This document shows positions 20,223 through 26,076 of a stretch of 64,000 nt of DNA, one piece after another. A model generated the notes under the pieces. That model saw only the letters and a program-made list of their open reading frames with translations. It searched no databases and had not been told where the DNA came from. Source of the DNA: an uncultured Alphaproteobacteria bacterium (GTDB taxonomy: Bacteria > Pseudomonadota > Alphaproteobacteria > HIMB59 > GCA-002718135); assembly GCA_902560725.1 (NCBI GenBank), contig CACEMR010000001.1, positions 134,713 through 198,712 on the forward strand, written 5' to 3'. The position numbers were made by a program, and so were the translations under genes. How positions within the stretch are numbered: the first letter of the stretch is position 1; each line of letters begins with the position of its first letter.

Positions 20223-21037
20223 ATATATTGCAATAAATTATCTCTTGTTTTTATACCAGTAATTTTTATTAATTTATAATTATTACAAATAATTTGACTG
20301 GGTTTTTTTGATTTTAATCTTTTATCAACTTCAATTTTTTTGTTAAATTTATTATAGGCGATTTTTAATGCTAAATCTTCAAGTGTTACACCATTACCAG
20401 ATCCACAATTAATAATACCATTATTTTTTTTAGATATAATGGAGCATAATTGTTTAGTTATATACTCTATTGAAGAGATATCTCTAATATTATTATAATT
20501 TTTTAATTTAATTTTATTACCTTTTAATTTTTTAATCTTATCAATTATTGAGGGTATTAAAAAATCTTTTGATTGCGATGGGGAATAATAGCTAAACAAT
20601 CTAATAATTAAATAATTTGTTAGATATTTCTGTATCTCTTTTTCTGATTTGAGTTTTAATTTTCCATAGTAAGTAAGTGGATTGATTCGAGATACTTCAG
20701 ATATTTTTTTTTTAGAACTTGAATAAACATGTGATGAGGAAATAAAAATTAATTTTTTTCTAGACTTGTAACTTTTCAATTTTTTAGTAAGGAATTTTAC
20801 ACTATTATAATTAACTTTTTCGGCATATTTTTTATTTTTATTTACATCATTTATAGAAGTTACAGCGGCTAAATGGAGAATTATATCAACTTTTTCTATC
20901 CATTTTTCGAAATTTTCTAAATTTAAAACATCAGATTTGTATAATGAGATAGTATATCTATTTTTTTCATATTTTTTTATGTAATTTATGATAGATTTTC
21001 CTAAAATTCCTTTATGACCCGTAATTCCTAAAATCAT
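20219..21037 (-). CDS. short-chain NAD(P)-dependent sugar epimerase/reductase (candidate 4-keto-6-deoxy-sugar reductase)
   Basis: ILGITGHKGILGKS Rossmann start and a YGKLK catalytic Y-x3-K. 272 aa, translationally coupled to gmd. Confidence 0.6.
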   Translation of the reverse strand: MILGITGHKGILGKSIINYIKKYEKNRYTISLYKSDVLNLENFEKWIEKVDIILHLAAVTSINDVNKNKKYAEKVNYNSVKFLTKKLKSYKSRKKLIFISSSHVYSSSKKKISEVSRINPLTYYGKLKLKSEKEIQKYLTNYLIIRLFSYYSPSQSKDFLIPSIIDKIKKLKGNKIKLKNYNNIRDISSIEYITKQLCSIISKKNNGIINCGSGNGVTLEDLALKIAYNKFNKKIEVDKRLKSKKPSQIICNNYKLIKITGIKTRDNLLQYI

Positions 21038-21045
21038 TTTATACC

Positions 21046-21747
21046 ATGAAAATACTTATAATAATTCCTGCATATAATGAAGACCAAAATATTGTTAATT
21101 TAATTAAAATTATTCAAAAAAATTATTTAAACTACGATATTTTAATAATTGATGACTCCAGTAATTCATTAACTAAAGAAATTATAGAAAAAAATAAATT
21201 CAAAAATTTAGAATACATTAAAAGGAATATAAAAATGGGTAGAGGAAATGCAGTCAGATTTGGTTTTGAGTACTCAATAAAAAAATTGTATGACTTTATA
21301 ATTGAAATGGATGCTGATTGTTCTCATGATCCTCATGAAATTAAAAATCTATTGGAAAAAATTACTAAAAATAATTTTGATTTAATTATAGGAAGTAGAT
21401 ATTTAAACAAAAGCAAAATTATAGGATGGCCTTTAAAAAGAAGAATTTTTTCAAAATTGGCAAACTTCTTAGCTAGGTTTTTATTTGGTTTTGATATAAC
21501 AGATTATACTAATGGATTTAGAATTTATAACAGAAAATCAATTATAGAGCTTATGAAATATGATATTAATAATCATGGTTTTATTTATCTAACTGAAACT
21601 TTAGTGATTTTAAAAAAGAAAAATTACCTTGTGGGAGAATGCTCTACAATATTTATAAATAGAAAGCATGGAAATAGTTCATTAAAAATAAATGAAATAA
21701 TAAATTCACTTTTAGGGATTTTTAAAATTAAAATAAGAAAAATATGA
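21046..21747 (+). CDS. family 2 glycosyltransferase, DPM1-like polyprenyl-phosphate sugar synthase type
   Basis: N-terminus ILIIIPAYNE and an EMDADCSHDP motif (DPM1-like DAD..H.P). 233 aa. Confidence 0.75.
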   Translation: MKILIIIPAYNEDQNIVNLIKIIQKNYLNYDILIIDDSSNSLTKEIIEKNKFKNLEYIKRNIKMGRGNAVRFGFEYSIKKLYDFIIEMDADCSHDPHEIKNLLEKITKNNFDLIIGSRYLNKSKIIGWPLKRRIFSKLANFLARFLFGFDITDYTNGFRIYNRKSIIELMKYDINNHGFIYLTETLVILKKKNYLVGECSTIFINRKHGNSSLKINEIINSLLGIFKIKIRKI

Positions 21748-22940
21748 ATTATTTTCCTTTAACAACTAATACTTTAAGCAATGAAGATAAAAAACTAGCG
21801 ATAGATGTTATAAAAAGTGGCAATATAACAAGAGGTAATTATAATAAATTAGTTGAACAATACTTTACTAAAAAATTTAAAAGATATGCATTATTAGTAA
21901 ATTCTGGTTCTTCAGCTAATTTGTTGGCATTTTCATTATTGGTAAATAAAAAAAGAAAATATAATTTAAAAAAAGATGATGAAATAATAATTCCTGCACT
22001 ATGCTGGTCTACATCATTATTTCCAATTATACAAATGGGTTTAAAACCTGTTTTTGTAGATGTTGATATTAAAACCTTAAATATTGATTTAAAAGAATTA
22101 GAAAAGAAAATAACCAAAAAAACAAAGGCTGTTATGTTAGTTCATGCACTAGCTAATTGTACAGATATAAGTTTACTGAAGAAGATTTTAAAGAGATATA
22201 AATTAATTCTGATTGAAGATGCTTGTGAGGCATTGGGCTCTAAATATAAAAATAATTATTTGGGTACGCATGGAGCACTTGCTTCCTTTTCATTTTATTT
22301 TTCTCATCATATTACTTCTGGTGAGGGTGGATTAATTTTATGTAAAAGTTATCAAGATTACAAAATTTTATTATCTTTAAGAGCACATGGGTGGTCAAGA
22401 GAAATTGATAATTTAAAAAGAAAAAAATCTAAAAGGTTTAATAAATTATTTAACTTCATAAATCTTGGATATAACTTAAGACTAACTGATATTCAGGCTG
22501 CATTACTTCTAAATCAGGTTAAAAAAATTGATAAATTTAAAGTTAATAGACTCTATAATTATAATCTAATTTGCAAAATATTTAAAAAAGATAAATTTTT
22601 AGAAAATCATTTAATATTTATAGCCAGTCAAAAAAATGCTGAAGTAAGTTGGTTTAATTTTCCGATTATTCTAAAAAAATTTAAGAATAGAAAAAGAGAT
22701 ATAGTATGTGAAAAACTTAATGAACTCGGAGTTGAGACAAGACCGATAATTAGTGGTGATTTTTCTAAACAAAAAGTGATTCAGGATGACTTTATGGATT
22801 TATCTAAATTACGATTTTCTAATGCTACTAAAATTAACAATTCTGGTTTTATGTTGGGTATTTCTTCTAATAAGTTAGAAAAAAAAATAGTAATAAGATT
22901 AGCAAATGATATCAAAAAAGTAATTAATGCAGTAAAATAA
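21744..22940 (+). CDS. DegT/DnrJ/EryC1-family PLP/PMP enzyme with His in place of the Schiff-base Lys (ColD/E1-like sugar 3-dehydratase candidate)
   Basis: NSGSSANLLA motif. The active-site stretch is SFSFYFSHHITSGEGG, where canonical aminotransferases have FSFH..K.IT.GEGG. It is adjacent to gmd. Confidence 0.65.
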   Translation: MNYFPLTTNTLSNEDKKLAIDVIKSGNITRGNYNKLVEQYFTKKFKRYALLVNSGSSANLLAFSLLVNKKRKYNLKKDDEIIIPALCWSTSLFPIIQMGLKPVFVDVDIKTLNIDLKELEKKITKKTKAVMLVHALANCTDISLLKKILKRYKLILIEDACEALGSKYKNNYLGTHGALASFSFYFSHHITSGEGGLILCKSYQDYKILLSLRAHGWSREIDNLKRKKSKRFNKLFNFINLGYNLRLTDIQAALLLNQVKKIDKFKVNRLYNYNLICKIFKKDKFLENHLIFIASQKNAEVSWFNFPIILKKFKNRKRDIVCEKLNELGVETRPIISGDFSKQKVIQDDFMDLSKLRFSNATKINNSGFMLGISSNKLEKKIVIRLANDIKKVINAVK

Positions 22941-22966
22941 ATATTTAATTATTTTAAATCATTAAG

Positions 22967-24769
22967 ATGAGCTTATTCCTTAGTTTTTATTTTACTGTTC
23001 CGTTAATTCTACTTGGTTATGGTTATATATTTTCTAGAATCATATTAAAAAATAATAATCACAAAATAGATATTGGTTTAATTGGATTACTAGGATTTTT
23101 ATTTCTTTATTTAATTTCAAATATAACACATTTTTTCATAAATTTTGATAACTCATTAATATTTATAATACAAATTTTAGGCATTATATTTTTTCTATAT
23201 TTATTGACTAGTTCTAATATTAAAAAATTTGATTTGTTTAAATTATTATTTCTTAGTATAATTTTTTTACCCATTGCAATTATTACAGAACCTAATGAAG
23301 ATTTTTATCATTATTATTTGCCTTATCTAAAATATTTAGAGTCATCAAAAATTATTTTTGGATTGGTAAATATTAATGACACTTTAGCTTACTCATCAAA
23401 TAGCTTTTATGATATTTTAGTATTATTTAAATATCCTTTCAGTTTTAAAAATTCCTACTCTATTCCTATTTTTTTCTTTTATATTTTTTACTTATTTTTT
23501 ATAATTAATAAAATTCTTAAATATAATGATTTTTTTTATATTTTTATATTTTTATTATCTCTTATTTCGTTCACAAGTTTAAGAGATTTTGGAACAAGTA
23601 TACCTCCACAGTTGGCATTAATAATTTGTGCTTGTTTAATTTATGAATGTTTAATTTACGGTTATAATGAAAATAAGATAACATTTGTTATAGTATTAAT
23701 CACACTAGCTATTATTTTAAGAATCAATAGTATATTGATACTACCATTATTTTTATTATTAATTTATTTTTTTTATAAAAAAATTCCAAATTATATTTAT
23801 AATAATATTATTATAGTTTTTACTATATTGTTAATTGTAATATTTTTTTTAGGAAAAAATCTTATACAATCCTCCTGTTTAGTTTACCCTATTCATAATA
23901 CATGTTTTTCAAATCTTGATTGGTCGACAGATTTAAAAATAGTAAATCAAAAATATAGCAAACTTCAAGCAGACTCTAAGGGATGGTCTTTTTATGCAAA
24001 AGAAAATTTCAATATTAAAGATAAATATGTATGGAAAAATTTGAACAAAGATAACTTTATTGAATATAAAGATTATGCAACAACAACACCTTTTTTTTGG
24101 ACTAAATATTGGATAAAAGATCCTAATTATAAAAAAATATTAAATTTATTTTTATCAGTTATTATTATTTATTTTTTGTTATTAATTAATTCTAAAAAAA
24201 ATTATAATTCACAATTCTTAGACAATAAGAATAATTTTATTTATCTTCTTTCGTTTTCATTTTTTTCATGTCTTGCTTGGTTTTATTTATCTCCTCAAAT
24301 AAGATATGGAGGGGCATTTTGTTTTATTTTTTTTTTCAGTATTTCTATAAAATACATTAATGAAAATTTGAATAGAGATATAAAAATAACAAATTTAATT
24401 TTAATTATATTGATTGTCTTTTCATATGTTGAATATAAAAATTTTAATAGGATTTATAGTAGTTTTCAAAATGAATTATTTGATAATTTTCCTTGGCCGA
24501 ATTTCCATGAATTACAAATAGATAATGATTTTATTATTGAAGAAAAGAATCGAATAAAATTTAATAAAAGGATTTACTCAAATAAGCTATTGTTTGATAA
24601 TAATAACGACTATATTTTAATGTGTGGAAATATTGATTTTCCATGTATTCCTGAAGGTAAAGAAGTGTGTTTAAATAAAGAAAAATCTAAATACGGGTAT
24701 TTATTTTATAGTCATAACAAAGAAAATGATAATTGTTATAATTTTATGAATAAAAATATTCTTTATTAA
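22967..24769 (+). CDS. large polytopic membrane protein of unknown family (GT-C-like candidate), paralog of 32131..33648
   Basis: 600 aa with more than 10 predicted hydrophobic helices. Shares colinear motifs with the 32131 ORF (LGYG, NEDFYHY, LRDFGTSIP, SSCLVYPIHNTCFSNLDW, RYGGAF). A Cys-containing soluble C-terminal region is present. Confidence 0.6.
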   Translation: MSLFLSFYFTVPLILLGYGYIFSRIILKNNNHKIDIGLIGLLGFLFLYLISNITHFFINFDNSLIFIIQILGIIFFLYLLTSSNIKKFDLFKLLFLSIIFLPIAIITEPNEDFYHYYLPYLKYLESSKIIFGLVNINDTLAYSSNSFYDILVLFKYPFSFKNSYSIPIFFFYIFYLFFIINKILKYNDFFYIFIFLLSLISFTSLRDFGTSIPPQLALIICACLIYECLIYGYNENKITFVIVLITLAIILRINSILILPLFLLLIYFFYKKIPNYIYNNIIIVFTILLIVIFFLGKNLIQSSCLVYPIHNTCFSNLDWSTDLKIVNQKYSKLQADSKGWSFYAKENFNIKDKYVWKNLNKDNFIEYKDYATTTPFFWTKYWIKDPNYKKILNLFLSVIIIYFLLLINSKKNYNSQFLDNKNNFIYLLSFSFFSCLAWFYLSPQIRYGGAFCFIFFFSISIKYINENLNRDIKITNLILIILIVFSYVEYKNFNRIYSSFQNELFDNFPWPNFHELQIDNDFIIEEKNRIKFNKRIYSNKLLFDNNNDYILMCGNIDFPCIPEGKEVCLNKEKSKYGYLFYSHNKENDNCYNFMNKNILY

Positions 24770-24775
24770 TTTTTT

Positions 24776-24845
24776 TGGCGGAGTGAGAGGGATTCGAACC
24801 CTCGATAGTGTTGCCACTATACACGCTTTACAAGCGTGCTGATTA
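24776..24845 (-). repeat. truncated tRNA-Ser 3-prime fragment (70 nt, att-like direct repeat, copy 1)
   Basis: Aligns with positions 28135..28204 of the intact tRNA-Ser, from the CCA end through the anticodon arm. It lacks the 5-prime acceptor strand and most of the D arm. It has one acceptor-stem change and one anticodon-loop change. Confidence 0.85.
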
Positions 24846-24905
24846 GGAAAGAATGAAAAGATTATAAAGAGAGTTTACAATTTAATATTAATTTTTGATG
24901 TAGAT

Positions 24906-24934
24906 AGTGTGTCGTATATGTGTCTAACATTTTA
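24906..24934 (+). repeat. imperfect direct repeat, copy A (AGTGTGTCGTATATGTGTCTAACATTTT)
   Basis: Similar to 25715..25748 (AAGTGTGCCGTATGTGTGCCGAAACACAATTTT). Each copy contains an internal GTGTGYC..GTGTGYC duplication. Confidence 0.55.
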
Positions 24935-24974
24935 CATGGTATTTGGATGATATTTCTTATAAGTATTATATCTA

Positions 24975-25658
24975 ATGAATATAATTATTAAAAACCTTAT
25001 TCTTGTTTTTATGCTTTTCTTTTCTAATAACAATATAGCTTATGGAGAAAAATATTTAGAAGTTATAAAATTATATGACTTATATTCTGAAGAAATTTTA
25101 GATATTGACCAACTATATTCTGGTCTTGAAAAAATGAACATAAGTAATGAAAATATTAAAAATTTAATTTCTCTAAGAAAAAGTGATATTCTTTCAGAAG
25201 ATGATTTTGTAAACGGTATAAAGAAAATTTTAGCAGAAGTTTCTAGTTTAGAAAATAAGTCAAAAGAAAATGAAAATGATATCAGTAAACAAAATATAAT
25301 AAAGCATGAGTTTCAAACGGAAATTACAATTATTCACAGTTTTATTATTTCTGATTTTAAATATGGAGAGATTTGGAATCATATGGTTGCACTAGATGGT
25401 GAAAAAATTATTGAAATGTCATTTAAAGATTCAAAAAATAATGATTTAATTAAATTAAGAAAACCTAAATTTAAAAACTTGAAAAATAATAAATTTGCTA
25501 TTCGATCAAGTGCAATTTATTTGCCAGAACCGTCAGTGGGTATTCGATATGATTTCAAAGGAGAATTTGTTAATAATAAAATTGTTGGTGAAGTTGAGAT
25601 TACATACACTGAGAGTGACGAGGCCGGTCTTGTTTTATTAAGAGCTAAAACAAATTAA
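24975..25658 (+). CDS. hypothetical secreted protein (signal peptide, two SHOCT-like short helical repeats, beta-rich C-terminal half)
   Basis: 227 aa with leader MNIIIKNLILVFMLFFSNNNIAYG. The segment LISLRKSDILSEDDFVNGIKKIL resembles the SHOCT consensus. No family was recognised for the C-terminal half. Confidence 0.55.
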   Translation: MNIIIKNLILVFMLFFSNNNIAYGEKYLEVIKLYDLYSEEILDIDQLYSGLEKMNISNENIKNLISLRKSDILSEDDFVNGIKKILAEVSSLENKSKENENDISKQNIIKHEFQTEITIIHSFIISDFKYGEIWNHMVALDGEKIIEMSFKDSKNNDLIKLRKPKFKNLKNNKFAIRSSAIYLPEPSVGIRYDFKGEFVNNKIVGEVEITYTESDEAGLVLLRAKTN

Positions 25659-25714
25659 TTAATTCAAAGTTTTTAAAGTAAAATGTGTGAGAAATTATAA
25701 TTTTTAATATATGT

Positions 25715-25748
25715 AAGTGTGCCGTATGTGTGCCGAAACACAATTTTG
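25715..25748 (+). repeat. imperfect direct repeat, copy B
   Basis: See 24906..24934. It lies 33 nt before tRNA fragment 2. Confidence 0.55.
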
Positions 25749-25780
25749 TTGGAAAATCGTTAAAGAAAAATCTTAATTAA

Positions 25781-25840
25781 TGGCGGAGAGAGAGGGATTC
25801 GAACCCTCGATAGTGTTGCCACTATACACGCTTTCCAAGC
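25781..25840 (-). repeat. truncated tRNA-Ser 3-prime fragment (60 nt, att-like direct repeat, copy 2)
   Basis: Matches 28135..28194 of the intact tRNA-Ser except for 4 substitutions that form two compensatory base-pair swaps in the variable-arm stem. Similarity stops abruptly inside the anticodon stem, exactly where base composition changes. Confidence 0.9.
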
Positions 25841-26039
25841 TATCGCCGTGAACTTTGCGGCTCTCTTCGTGTGCAAACAATCCTTGTTATATGGGATTAT
25901 ATTATACTAAATCACTGCAAGTGAATCGAAAAGTACTGAGTTAAGATATTCGCATATGGTTGGTCTGATAACTGGGGGTCTTTAGATTAACTTATTAAAT
26001 ATACTTGAAATATTTCGTATATATGTTGTAATAGATTAG

Positions 26040-26057
26040 GGAATTTTAGGAATTTTA
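26040..26057 (+). repeat. tandem 9-bp direct repeat GGAATTTTA x2 upstream of the glutaminase start
   Basis: Exact tandem duplication ending 19 nt before ATG 26077. Confidence 0.6.
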
Positions 26058-26076
26058 TCTATTTGAAAAAGAAATT

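Larger units (their letters stand above)
24846..25780. mobile_element. putative integrase-less islet 1, bounded by the two tRNA-Ser fragments
   Basis: Bounded by direct tRNA-fragment repeats and contains a single cargo ORF flanked by an imperfect direct repeat of about 30 bp. No recombinase gene is present. Confidence 0.45.

Noticed and set aside
24776-24845. Fragment 1 read as a tRNA with anticodon GTA (Tyr), because its anticodon loop is TTGTAAA
   Set aside because: It lacks the 5-prime acceptor strand and most of the D arm and has an acceptor-stem mismatch. It is a decayed copy of the tRNA-Ser 3-prime part, not a functional tRNA.
26013-26040. A sigma70-like promoter (TTGAAA ... TGTAAT) upstream of the glutaminase
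   Set aside because: Hexamers of this kind occur by chance everywhere in such AT-rich DNA. There is no independent support.
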